Below are positions 37,997-48,024 of a DNA stretch of 64,000 nucleotides, piece by piece. The translations under genes were made by a program, and so were the position numbers. Origin of the DNA: Candidatus Woesearchaeota archaeon. Lineage in GTDB: Archaea > Nanobdellota > Nanobdellia > Woesearchaeales > GW2011-AR15. The stretch is taken from assembly GCA_038874655.1 (NCBI GenBank), contig JAVZBY010000001.1:202971-266970 (forward strand), written 5' to 3'. Numbering within the stretch: position 1 is the stretch's first letter; every line of letters starts with the position of its first letter. Under the pieces are notes generated by a model. It ran no database searches. It was not told the DNA's origin and worked only from the letters and a program-made list of their open reading frames with translations.

Positions 37997-38775
37997 ATGG
38001 CAGATGAAATTATAGAAAATAATTATGATAATGAAATGGAGATTTTGGTAGACGAAGAAGCACCTATCATTATAGATGAGGGTGAATGGAAACCAAAAAC
38101 CGAATTAGGAAAGAAGGTTGCTTCAGGAGAAATTACAGATATAAACTTTATGTTATTTTAGAAAAAGGAATTGTAGATAAATTAGTTCCTGATTTGCAAA
38201 GCGATTTATTATTAATTGGACAAGCAAAAGGTAAGTTTGGTGGTGGTAAAAGAAGAGTTTTTAGACAAACACAAAAGAAAACAAAAGAAGGCAATAAACC
38301 AAAATTTGCAACATTGGCAGTAGTTGGAAATAAAAAAGGAATTATTGGTTTAGGATATGGGAAATCTAAAGAAACTGTGCCTGCAAGAGAAAAAGCAATT
38401 AGAGATGCTAAGTTTAATATTTTTAAAATAAGAAGAGGATGTGGTAGTTGGGAATGTGGTTGTGGTGAGCCACATTCATTACCTTTTACAGTTGAAGGAA
38501 AATGTGGCAGCACTATTATAAGATTAGTTCCTGCTCCTAAAGGAACAGGTTTAAGGGTTGATAAAGAGATAGCTAAAATTTTAGATTTAGCAGGAATAAA
38601 AGATGTTTGGTCAAAAACATATGGTCAATCAAGAACAAAAATAAATATGATTAAAGCAGCTGAAAGAGCTTTAAAGAAGTTGATGTCAACAAAATTACAA
38701 CCTGTACATTATCAAAAATTAAGTGCTATAGATGGTCCTACTGAAAAAGAAAAGCAAGGTGTTAAGAATGAATAA
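37997..38775 (+). CDS. rps5: 30S ribosomal protein uS5, split by a frameshift near 38145-38160
   Basis: Frame from ATG 37997 gives WKPKTELGKKVASGEITDI then TAG at 38159-61; the -1 frame continues ILEKGIVDKLVP...RGCGSWEC...PAPKGTG. Confidence 0.9.
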
Positions 38776-39169
38776 GATAGCAGTAATAAGGATTAGAGGA
38801 GATGTAAATTTAAGACAAGAAGTTAAAGATACTTTTAAGCATTTAAATTTATTGAGAAAAAATGTTTGTGTTATATTAGATAATACACCAGAAAATTTAG
38901 GACAAGTTGTTAAGGTTAAGGATTATGTTACATGGGGAGAAGTTTCTGATGAAGTTATTAAAATGTTGTTCGAGAAAAGAGGAGAATTATATAAAGGGAA
39001 TAAAGATAATTTTGTAGAATTTAATGGAAAAAAGTATAAAAAATATTTTAGATTGAATATGCCTAAAAAAGGGTTTGGCACAAAAGGAATTAAATATCCT
39101 TTTAATAAAGGAGGCGCCTTAGGATATAGAGGAGATAAAATTAATGATCTAATTATGAGAATGTTATAA
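38768..39169 (+). CDS. rpl30: 50S ribosomal protein uL30
   Basis: IAVIRIRG, VKDYVTWGE, GALGYRG. Confidence 0.95.
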   Translation: MNKIAVIRIRGDVNLRQEVKDTFKHLNLLRKNVCVILDNTPENLGQVVKVKDYVTWGEVSDEVIKMLFEKRGELYKGNKDNFVEFNGKKYKKYFRLNMPKKGFGTKGIKYPFNKGGALGYRGDKINDLIMRML

Positions 39170-39189
39170 TAATTAAGAGGATGATTTAA

Positions 39190-39648
39190 ATGCAACATAA
39201 GAGAAGTAAAAGGTCAAGAATAAGAGCAGCAAAAAAAACAGCAGGGCATGGTTCTAAAAAGAAGAATAGAGGTTCAGGTCAAAGAGGAGGATTTGGTAAA
39301 TCAAACATAGGTAAAAGGGGTAGTGCAAAATTAATGAAAATAGCAAAAGGATTAACCCAGCAAGAGTATTTAGGTAAATATGGTTTTAAATCTATAGAAA
39401 AAAAGAAAAATAAAAAAGATAAAACAATAAATCTTTTTGAATTACAAAACAGACTTATGAGCCTTTTTAATGAAGGTAAAATAAAAAAGGAAAATGATAC
39501 TTTTATAGTTGATTTAACGGAATTAGGTTACGATAAGTTGTTATCAAAAGGAGATGTTATTTACAAAATGAATATTAAAGTAAAAAAAGCAACAGAAAAT
39601 GCAGTAGATAAGATCAAAGAAAAAGGGGGAAATGTTGAATTAATATAA
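39190..39648 (+). CDS. rpl15: 50S ribosomal protein uL15
   Basis: RGSGQRGG, GKYGF, GYDKLL, KIKEKGG. Confidence 0.94.
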   Translation: MQHKRSKRSRIRAAKKTAGHGSKKKNRGSGQRGGFGKSNIGKRGSAKLMKIAKGLTQQEYLGKYGFKSIEKKKNKKDKTINLFELQNRLMSLFNEGKIKKENDTFIVDLTELGYDKLLSKGDVIYKMNIKVKKATENAVDKIKEKGGNVELI

Positions 39649-39774
39649 TTCTTTTTTAATTAATTTTTTTTAACTTTTTATTCTTAAATTTTTATAACCT
39701 AAAAATATAATAAACTAATTTTATAATATTAAATGCAAAAAGATTAAAAAGGTGTTTTTTTTCTAATAATTAAA

Positions 39775-41211
39775 ATGGGATTTTTTGATAATATTTTATT
39801 AAATTTACCAGAAGTTGAAGCACCAAAACAAAAAAGATTACCTTTTAATGAAAGGCTTAAATGGACCTTAATTGTGTTATTTTTGTTTTTTGTTTTAGGC
39901 ATGATTCCATTATGGCCTTTAGGAGAAAATACCTTAGCTCAATTTGAATATTTATCTATTATTTTAGGAGCAGAGTTTGGTAGCTTAATTTCACTTGGAA
40001 TTGGACCAATTGTAACAGGTTCTATAATATTACAATTATTAAATGGTGCAGGAATTTTTAAATTTGATTTAACAACCCATGAAGGGAAACAAAAATTTCA
40101 AGGTTTTCAAAAATTGTTTTCCATATTTTTTATAATTTTTGAATCAGCAATTTATGTTTTTATGGGAGGTATTTTACCTCCTTCAGGCTTATCAAGTTCA
40201 TTAAAATTACAAATGCAATTTTTGTTAATTTTTGAATTATTTTTAGGTGGAATGTTAATCTTATTTATGGATGAAATTGTTAGCAAATGGGGCTTTGGTT
40301 CAGGAATTTCTTTGTTTATAGCAGCTGGCATAAGTAAACAAATTGTAATAAGATTAATATCCTTTACTGATACAGCAGGCAATCTAATTTGGGAATCTGG
40401 ATTTCAGCCAGAACAAATTGTAGGAACCTTATGGAGCACTTTTATTTCTTTAAGTAATGGTAATTTACAAGGAGCATTAATAGCATTATCTGCGATTGTT
40501 GCAACAATTATTATTTTTGTAATTGCAGTTTATGCTCAATCAATGAAAATAGAAATACCTCTGTCATTTGGTAGAATAAGAGGTCAAGGTATAAGATGGC
40601 CTTTACAATTTATTTATACAAGTAATATTCCAGTTATTTTAGTAGCTTCTCTGTTCGCAACTTTACAATTATGGGTTAGATTATTGCAAAATTGGACAGG
40701 AGGCAATCCTTTGCCTATTATAGGTGGTTATACAACAGGAGGTGTCCCTGTTGGTTTAGTTGCTGTTCTAAATGGACCACATTTATTAAATGCATTAATT
40801 CAAAGTAATGGTCAATTTTCATTAATATGGCCTGTATTATTGCAATCATTAATTTATATTATCTTGATGATAGGAGGTTCTGTTTTATTCTCAATATTTT
40901 GGGTACAAACATCTGGAATGGATGCAGAAAGTTTAGCAAACCAAATTTTAGCATCTGGATTACAAATTCCAGGATTTAGAAAAGATAAGAGAATTTTAGA
41001 GAGAATGCTTAATAGATATATTATGCCATTAACAGTAATGGGTGCTATTACAGTAGGTTTTTTAGCTGCAGCAGCTGATTTATTAGGAGCACTATCTAGA
41101 GGAACAGGAATTTTATTGACTGTTATGATTGTTTATAAATTATATGAAGATATTGCTAGAGAGCATTTGTATGATATGAATCCTTTAATGAGAAAGTTTA
41201 TGGGAAAATAA
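39775..41211 (+). CDS. secY: Preprotein translocase SecY/Sec61-alpha
   Basis: LGIGPIV, SKWGFGSGISLFIAA, YTSNIPVIL, IPGFR, GTGILL. Confidence 0.97.
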   Translation: MGFFDNILLNLPEVEAPKQKRLPFNERLKWTLIVLFLFFVLGMIPLWPLGENTLAQFEYLSIILGAEFGSLISLGIGPIVTGSIILQLLNGAGIFKFDLTTHEGKQKFQGFQKLFSIFFIIFESAIYVFMGGILPPSGLSSSLKLQMQFLLIFELFLGGMLILFMDEIVSKWGFGSGISLFIAAGISKQIVIRLISFTDTAGNLIWESGFQPEQIVGTLWSTFISLSNGNLQGALIALSAIVATIIIFVIAVYAQSMKIEIPLSFGRIRGQGIRWPLQFIYTSNIPVILVASLFATLQLWVRLLQNWTGGNPLPIIGGYTTGGVPVGLVAVLNGPHLLNALIQSNGQFSLIWPVLLQSLIYIILMIGGSVLFSIFWVQTSGMDAESLANQILASGLQIPGFRKDKRILERMLNRYIMPLTVMGAITVGFLAAAADLLGALSRGTGILLTVMIVYKLYEDIAREHLYDMNPLMRKFMGK

Positions 41212-41242
41212 GAAATTAAAAAGTATTTTTTTATTGTTTATT

Positions 41243-42142
41243 TTAATAATCTTTTTTTACTTCATGGCCGCCAAATTTGTTTCTTAATAAAGCTACAATT
41301 TTTCCAGAAAAGCTTTCTTGTTGTCTTGATCTATATCTTAATGCTAATGCTAAACTTATCAATGGACTAGGTGTTTCAGTTTTTAATGATTCAAGTACAG
41401 TCCATTTTCCTGTAGATCCGCCACCAATGAAATCTTTTGTTTTATCAACATCTTTTAATGATTCAGCAGTTAGTTCTAAAAGCCATGATCTTATAACAGA
41501 ACCATTGTTCCATAAATTTGCAATTTTTTCTAAATCTTGATTTGTAAATTTATATTGTGAATTCTTTAATAACTCAAAACCCTCAGCATATGATTGCATT
41601 AACGCATATTCAATTCCATTATGTATCATTTTTACAAAATGACCAGAGCCACTTTCACCTATATAAGAATAACCATTTTTAGCAGATAATACTTCTAATA
41701 ATGGTTTTATTTTTTCATATGCTTTTTTATTACCTCCAACCATTAAACAATAACCGTTTTTTTCACCATGAATTCCGCCACTTGTTCCAATGTCTAAATA
41801 ATAAATACTCTTTTTTTCTAATTCTTTTGCTCTTCTGATTGAGTCTTCATAAAAAGTATTGCCACCATCAATTAAAATGTCTTCTTTATTTAAAAAAGGT
41901 AATAAATCTTTTATTGTATCATCAATAGCTTCATGAGGAATCATCATCCAAATTATTTTATTTTTAGGTAATTTATGAGATAATTCTTTTAATGAATATG
42001 AAGCTTCTGTATTTTTTATTTTTTTTACAGCTTCTTTTGTTTTTTCAGGGGTTCTATTATAAACAACAATATTATGTTTTTTTGATAATCTTTTTACCAT
42101 TGAAAAACCCATTTTTCCTAAACCAATAAAACCAATTTTCAT
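41243..42142 (-). CDS. gnd: 6-phosphogluconate dehydrogenase, decarboxylating (short form)
   Basis: IGLGKMG, IDGGN, GTSGG, GHFVKMIHNGIEY, LRNKFGGH. Confidence 0.95.
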   Translation of the reverse strand: MKIGFIGLGKMGFSMVKRLSKKHNIVVYNRTPEKTKEAVKKIKNTEASYSLKELSHKLPKNKIIWMMIPHEAIDDTIKDLLPFLNKEDILIDGGNTFYEDSIRRAKELEKKSIYYLDIGTSGGIHGEKNGYCLMVGGNKKAYEKIKPLLEVLSAKNGYSYIGESGSGHFVKMIHNGIEYALMQSYAEGFELLKNSQYKFTNQDLEKIANLWNNGSVIRSWLLELTAESLKDVDKTKDFIGGGSTGKWTVLESLKTETPSPLISLALALRYRSRQQESFSGKIVALLRNKFGGHEVKKDY

Positions 42143-42184
42143 ATTTTCACCTTTTTAATTTTGTATTATATGATTTTATATTAT

Positions 42185-42877
42185 TTAGTCAATTTGTAAT
42201 ATTATTGAGTTTATTTTGTAAGCTAATTTAGCAGGGCATTCATTAATTTTTGTTTTTTTATCTAAAAATTTTTCAAATGCTTGCTTTTTTTCTTTTCCTA
42301 TAAATAAAAATATGCCTAATTTTGTTTTTAGAACAAGGCTTTTTGTAGAAGTCATTCTATTTTTTGGTAGTTTAGGTGAGTCATTTATTTCAATAAAATA
42401 TTTACTATTATTTTTTATACTATGATGGTTTGGAAATAATGCACAAATATGACAATCTTCGCCAACACCAAAAATTGCAATATCAAAATAACCAAATTTT
42501 TTTAATTCACTTGTATAAGAATTTATATCATGTTTTTCTATATCAAAAGGATGTATGTTTTTTTCTGGAAGCCCTTTTTCTTTTGTGAGAGTATTAAGTA
42601 ATTTATTTTTTAGCATATTAAAATTGCTTTCTTCATGATGCAATGGAACAATTCTCTCATCAACTAAAAATATGTGCACTTTTTTCCAATCAATATCTTC
42701 TTTTTTTAATTCGTTAAACAGAATTTGGACACTTCTTCCTCCTGGAAAACCAAACACAATAGGTTTTTTTGATTTATTTATATAATTTTTAATCTTTTTT
42801 ATAACTTCTTTTATGTTGTTTGTAATAATTAGGTTTTTTTCTTTTTGTTTTGATTTATTTTTAGATTTTTTTTTCAT
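42185..42877 (-). CDS. pgl: 6-phosphogluconolactonase
   Basis: PGGRS, VDERIVP..HEESN, GVGEDCHICALFP, DSPKLPKNRMT. Confidence 0.9.
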   Translation of the reverse strand: MKKKSKNKSKQKEKNLIITNNIKEVIKKIKNYINKSKKPIVFGFPGGRSVQILFNELKKEDIDWKKVHIFLVDERIVPLHHEESNFNMLKNKLLNTLTKEKGLPEKNIHPFDIEKHDINSYTSELKKFGYFDIAIFGVGEDCHICALFPNHHSIKNNSKYFIEINDSPKLPKNRMTSTKSLVLKTKLGIFLFIGKEKKQAFEKFLDKKTKINECPAKLAYKINSIILQID

Positions 42878-42918
42878 TTTTTTTATATTTATCTATTTTA
42901 GGATATTGATTTTTATTT

Positions 42919-44292
42919 TTATAAAGGTTCTTTCCATTTTGTTATTTCAGCTTGATGAGGACCCCAACTAAATTTTTCATATAAATATATTTTCTTAGGT
43001 TTTTTTGTTATTTTATCAATTATTTTCCATGAATATTTTACTTCTTCCCAACTTGTGAATAATGTTTTATCTCCTACTAAAGCATCATATATTAATTTTT
43101 CATATGCTTCAGGTGTATTTAAAGGAAAAAGACATTCATGACAAAAGTCCATAGAAACAGGAATTAATTTGAATTCATTTCCTGGGTTTTTTGCATTAAA
43201 TTGTAAATGAATTCCTTCATCAGGTTGAATTCTTATTCTTAGAATATTGTTTTCTGCTTCTTTGTTTTTTCCTTTTTTAAAGATTATCACAATTTCAGAT
43301 GCTTTTCTTTTTAAGTATTTTCCAGTTCTTATAAAAATAGGTACATTTTTCCATCTCTTATTATTTATTTCAATTTTTAGTGCAGAATATGTGTCTGTTT
43401 TTGAATTTTTTTTTACATCTTTTTCTTCTAAGTAGCCAATATATTGACCTAAAATAATTTTTTTTATTTTTACTTTTTTTAAAATTTCTATTTTTGCTTT
43501 TTTTATGTCTTTAATATTATTGCTTCTATTTTCCATTGTTACTAATGAAACTAATTGTAATAGATGATTTTGAATCATGTCTTTTAATGAACCATAATTG
43601 TCATAGTAATTACCCCTGTTTTCAATTCCAATATTTTCTAAAACAGAGATTTGTATTTCTTCAATGTCTTTGTTGCTCCAAAGTTTTTCAAAAATTCTAT
43701 TTGAGTATCTTAATGCCAATAAATTTTGAACAGTTTCTTTTCCTAAGTAATGGTCTATTCTATAAATAGAGTTTTCAGAAAATAATTGATTTAATATTTT
43801 ATTAAGATTTTGTGCAGATTTTAAATCATGTCCAAAAGGTTTTTCTATTATTATTCTGTGAACTTTATCTTTTTTTATACATTCATTTAATTTTAGATTT
43901 TTTATAATATTTTCAAAATGTTCAGGTTTTGTTGCTAAATAAAATATTCGGTTTCCTTTTGTATTGTGTTTTATGTCTAAATCACTAAGCAATTTTTTTA
44001 ATTCGTTATAGTCTTGTTCAGTGTCAAAATCATTTTTAAAATAATAAATTTTATTTGTTAATCTGTTAATTATTTCCTCTTTATGATGTTTTGTATATTT
44101 TTTTATAGATTCTTTTACTTCGTTTCGATATTCGTCAGTTGTTTTTTCTTTTCTGGCAATACCTATAATGGCAAAGTTTTCAGGCAATAACTTTTTTGAT
44201 TCTAAATAATATAATGCAGGCATTAGTTTTCTGTGGGTTAGATCACCTGTAGAACCAAATATTATAAATAATGTATCAATTGGTTTTTGCAT
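42919..44292 (-). CDS. zwf: Glucose-6-phosphate 1-dehydrogenase (bacterial/eukaryotic type)
   Basis: IFGSTGDL, IEKPFG, YRIDHYLGKETVQN, QNHLLQ, RIQPDEG. Confidence 0.96.
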   Translation of the reverse strand: MQKPIDTLFIIFGSTGDLTHRKLMPALYYLESKKLLPENFAIIGIARKEKTTDEYRNEVKESIKKYTKHHKEEIINRLTNKIYYFKNDFDTEQDYNELKKLLSDLDIKHNTKGNRIFYLATKPEHFENIIKNLKLNECIKKDKVHRIIIEKPFGHDLKSAQNLNKILNQLFSENSIYRIDHYLGKETVQNLLALRYSNRIFEKLWSNKDIEEIQISVLENIGIENRGNYYDNYGSLKDMIQNHLLQLVSLVTMENRSNNIKDIKKAKIEILKKVKIKKIILGQYIGYLEEKDVKKNSKTDTYSALKIEINNKRWKNVPIFIRTGKYLKRKASEIVIIFKKGKNKEAENNILRIRIQPDEGIHLQFNAKNPGNEFKLIPVSMDFCHECLFPLNTPEAYEKLIYDALVGDKTLFTSWEEVKYSWKIIDKITKKPKKIYLYEKFSWGPHQAEITKWKEPL

Positions 44293-44439
44293 AATTTTTT
44301 GTAATGGTTTTTATTTTATTAATATTTTGTTTATGTGAATTTTTTTATTGATTTTTTTCTTATTTGTTTTTTAGTTTTTATTTTTTATTTAGTTTGGTTT
44401 AAGAATAATTTTATAAAAGAATTCATTCTTTTAATTTTT

Positions 44440-45279
44440 ATGATAAAGCCAAATGCATTAATGTTTGGAACAGCAGGAATTCCGATTTCAAGTAAAAAAA
44501 AAGATACTTTCGGTGGTATTGAAAGGGTTAGGGAATTAGATTTAGATGCAATGGAGTTAGAGTTTGTACATAATGTAAATGTTAGTAAAGAAAAAGCACC
44601 TGAAGTTAAAAAAGTAGCATTGGATAAAAAGGTTTTATTGACTTGTCATGCACCCTATTTTATTAATTTAAATGCTGTTGAGCATGAAAAAAGACAGGCA
44701 AGCATAGATAGAATTTTAAAATCAGCAGAAATATTGTATTTAGCAGGTGGCTATAGTGTTTGTTTTCATCCTGGGTTTTATTTAAGTATGGAAAAAACAA
44801 AGGTTTATGAAACAATAAAAGAAAACATAAAAAAAATTAGAAAAGAAATGGATGATAAGGGTTATGATGTTTATTTAAGACCTGAGACAACAGGAAAAGA
44901 AACGCAATTTGGAAATGTTGAAGAATTATTAAAAATAAGTCAAGAGATTAATGGTGTTATGCCTGTTATTGATTTCTCTCATTTGCATGCTAGAACAAAT
45001 GGAAGATATAATTCCTATGAAGAGTTTAAAGAAGTTTTAGAACTAGTTGAAAAATATTTAGGTAAAGAGGGCTTAAATAATATGCATATTCATTTATCTG
45101 GAATTGATTATAGTGAAAAAGGAGAGAAAAATCACTTAATCTTAGAAGAATCTGATCTAAATTATAAGGATTTAATTAAAACATGGAAAGAATTTAAAAT
45201 AAAAGGTGTTGTAATTTCTGAAAGTCCAAATATAGAGGAGGATGCTTTGTTGATGAAAAGAATTTATAATAGTTTTTAA
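44440..45279 (+). CDS. nfo: Endonuclease IV (AP endonuclease family 2)
   Basis: FGTAGIP, HAPYFINL, FHPG, PETTGK, DFSHLHAR, HIHLSG, ISESP; start at ATG 44440. Confidence 0.92.
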   Translation: MIKPNALMFGTAGIPISSKKKDTFGGIERVRELDLDAMELEFVHNVNVSKEKAPEVKKVALDKKVLLTCHAPYFINLNAVEHEKRQASIDRILKSAEILYLAGGYSVCFHPGFYLSMEKTKVYETIKENIKKIRKEMDDKGYDVYLRPETTGKETQFGNVEELLKISQEINGVMPVIDFSHLHARTNGRYNSYEEFKEVLELVEKYLGKEGLNNMHIHLSGIDYSEKGEKNHLILEESDLNYKDLIKTWKEFKIKGVVISESPNIEEDALLMKRIYNSF

Positions 45280-45292
45280 TTATTTTTTGTAA

Positions 45293-47869
45293 TTATTTGA
45301 ATTCTGCTTTCATTCTTTCTAAATGTTTTTTATTTATTCTTATTTTTTCTAATACTTGAGCTAATGTCATTTCTAATCCTTTGGGTCTTTTTTTGAAAAA
45401 TTCATCAATATCTTTTTCACTTTCTGAGTCAGATAGTACTGCTAAGTTTGAGACAACTCTTCTTAATAGCATTTTTGTTTCTCCTAATCTTTTATCTAAT
45501 TCAGTCCAATTTTCTTTAATAAAAGGCCAAAGCATTTTTTTAGCGATTGGGTTCCCAGCTAAACCAGAAGCAGGATATAAAATATCTGAAAATCTTATTT
45601 CATCAGAAAGCATAAAATCAAATGTTTTTTTAAGTAATTTTTCATCTTTGAAAGAAGTAAGTGCTAATAAAAATCTAACTTTTTCTTCCTGTGTTTTTGC
45701 GTTTCTATAAAAATCTAAAAATTTATTATAAAGTAATTCAGAATTTTCATTCCAAGCTAATATATTGAAAACAGGCATTTGTAAATCAGGGTCAAGATTG
45801 TTTTTCAAGTATGAATTAAATCTTTTTTTTGCTTCTTCTATTATTTCTTGATTTTCTAATTTGCCTAAAAATGAAATTACTTTTGCTCTTAACATAGGAG
45901 TTGTGTGTTTTTCATTATTTTGTTTATCCCAAGTTAATTTTTTAAATGATTCATACAAGAATTTTTTGATAAACTCTGAGATAGTTTTGTTAAATGTTTC
46001 ATAATAAGTTAAATAATAAATTGATCCAAGATTATCTAAAATATCAGAGCAAACTAAAAAATCAATTTCACCATAATAATTAGTTATAAAATCTAGATAC
46101 TCTTTTGTTTTTATTTCTCCGGATTTTGCTAATGCATATAAATCATTTTGTAAAGCCCATCTATCAATGTTAGAGAAATTATTTAATTTTGTTTTTAAGT
46201 AATTTAAATTTTTTGAATTGTATTTAACTCTGTAAAATCCATAATAGCCTTCATTTATTAAATAGGGGGATATTTTTTCTATTTTTGCTTCTTTATTTAA
46301 TAAAATATCTTTTTTAGTATTTTTTTCAATAAAGTTAATTCTTACAGGGATAAGCCATTTATCTTTTGAATTTTGTTTTTCTAATAAAAATCTCTTTTGT
46401 TTTAATATTATAAATTCTTTTTGTTTTTGTTTTGTTTTTTTTACTTTTTCATCAGCAATAACTAAAGGATAGCCAGTTTTTTTAATCCAATTTTTTAAAA
46501 ATTTTTTAATTGGTTTTTTTGAAACTTTTTCCCAAGAGTTCCATAAATCAATTGACTCAGTATTAGAATATTTGTATTTTTTTAGATAATATTTAATGCC
46601 TTCAATAAAGTGTTTTTCTCCAATATAGTGATTAAGCATTCTTAAAATGCTGCCTCCTTTGTCATAACTAATGTCATCAAATATTTCTGCTATTTCTTTT
46701 GGTGTTTTTACTTTTGCCTCAATTGGATGAGAGCTTTTTAATGAGTCAATTCTCATAGCACTTTCTGTTGAGTCGGATAAAAATTGGTCCCAAAAGTCAA
46801 ATTCAGGAAACACATCAGCAACAGCTTTTGTTGCCATATAAGTAGCAAAACTTTCATTAAGCCATAAGTCATTCCACCATTTCATTGTAACTAAGTTGCC
46901 AAACCATTGGTGGGCAATTTCATGAGCAATGATTTCAGCTATTCTTTGTTTTGTTGCAGTTGAGGAGATCTTAGGATCAAAGAGTAAGGCATTCTCTCTA
47001 AAAGTTATTGCTCCCCAATTTTCCATTGCTCCAGCAGCAAAATCTGCAATTGCAATTAAATCCATTTTTGGCAATGGATAAGGTATTTGAAAGTAATCTT
47101 CATAATATTTTAAGAATTTTTTTCCTAATTCTAAAGCATAATAACCTTGCTCTTTTTTCCCAGGAGTTGTTATAACTCTTATGAGTGTTTCTTTTTCTTT
47201 ATTTCCTATTTTGTTTTTTACTTTATCTTCAATCCATTCAAAATTACCTGCAGATAAATAAACTAAATAAGTAGACATTATTGGAGTTGTTTCAAAAATG
47301 TGTGCTTTTTTTGTTTCTTTTATTATTTCTTTTTTTTCATTTTCTCTTTCTAATATAATTGTTTTTATTTCTTTCATAGGCATATTAGATATTGCGGTTT
47401 CATTTTCTTTTGTTATTATTGTTATATCAAAAGTCGCTTTATAATTAGGATGGTCTATACAAGGAAAAGCTCTTCTTGCATCAGCAGCTTCAAATTGTGT
47501 TGTTGCCATGTATTTTTCAATTTTAGAATTTGTTTTTTCATCATAGATGTAATATTTGCTTCTATAGAAACCAACTAATTGATCATTAAGAATACCTTTA
47601 AAATTAATTTTTATAACAATTTTTCCAGAAACTTTTTTTGGCAATGTCAATATTAATTCTTCATTTTCATTATTTATTTTTATTTTTGGTTCTAGTTTAT
47701 TTGATTTATAGATTATTTCTGCTTTTTTTATTTCTAAATCTGCACTGTTTAAGATAATTTTATTGGTGGGATTTGTTTTTAGTAAAAGCTCAACAATTCC
47801 ATCAAAAGTAAATTTTTCTAGATCGGGTTCAAAAGTTAATTTGTAATTTAAAGGTTTTATTTTATTCAT
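45293..47869 (-). CDS. M1 family aminopeptidase (PepN/tricorn-interacting-factor-like)
   Basis: TQFE, GAMENWG, HEIAHQWFG...WLNE, YDKG. Confidence 0.95.
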   Translation of the reverse strand: MNKIKPLNYKLTFEPDLEKFTFDGIVELLLKTNPTNKIILNSADLEIKKAEIIYKSNKLEPKIKINNENEELILTLPKKVSGKIVIKINFKGILNDQLVGFYRSKYYIYDEKTNSKIEKYMATTQFEAADARRAFPCIDHPNYKATFDITIITKENETAISNMPMKEIKTIILERENEKKEIIKETKKAHIFETTPIMSTYLVYLSAGNFEWIEDKVKNKIGNKEKETLIRVITTPGKKEQGYYALELGKKFLKYYEDYFQIPYPLPKMDLIAIADFAAGAMENWGAITFRENALLFDPKISSTATKQRIAEIIAHEIAHQWFGNLVTMKWWNDLWLNESFATYMATKAVADVFPEFDFWDQFLSDSTESAMRIDSLKSSHPIEAKVKTPKEIAEIFDDISYDKGGSILRMLNHYIGEKHFIEGIKYYLKKYKYSNTESIDLWNSWEKVSKKPIKKFLKNWIKKTGYPLVIADEKVKKTKQKQKEFIILKQKRFLLEKQNSKDKWLIPVRINFIEKNTKKDILLNKEAKIEKISPYLINEGYYGFYRVKYNSKNLNYLKTKLNNFSNIDRWALQNDLYALAKSGEIKTKEYLDFITNYYGEIDFLVCSDILDNLGSIYYLTYYETFNKTISEFIKKFLYESFKKLTWDKQNNEKHTTPMLRAKVISFLGKLENQEIIEEAKKRFNSYLKNNLDPDLQMPVFNILAWNENSELLYNKFLDFYRNAKTQEEKVRFLLALTSFKDEKLLKKTFDFMLSDEIRFSDILYPASGLAGNPIAKKMLWPFIKENWTELDKRLGETKMLLRRVVSNLAVLSDSESEKDIDEFFKKRPKGLEMTLAQVLEKIRINKKHLERMKAEFK

Positions 47870-48024
47870 TTTCTCACCATTTTTTATCTTACAATTTTTA
47901 ACTTATAATATTTTTAGGTTATCAAAATTATTTATTTACTTGTTTTTATAACTTTCCTTTATATCTAATTTTTAATTTTTTCATTATAAAAAAATAGTAT
48001 TAACAATAGAATTTTTTTTAGATT

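Noticed and set aside
38086-38150. ORF-track N-terminus METKNRIRKEGCFRR for uS5
   Set aside because: Off-frame translation; the real conserved N-terminus is in the frame starting at 37997
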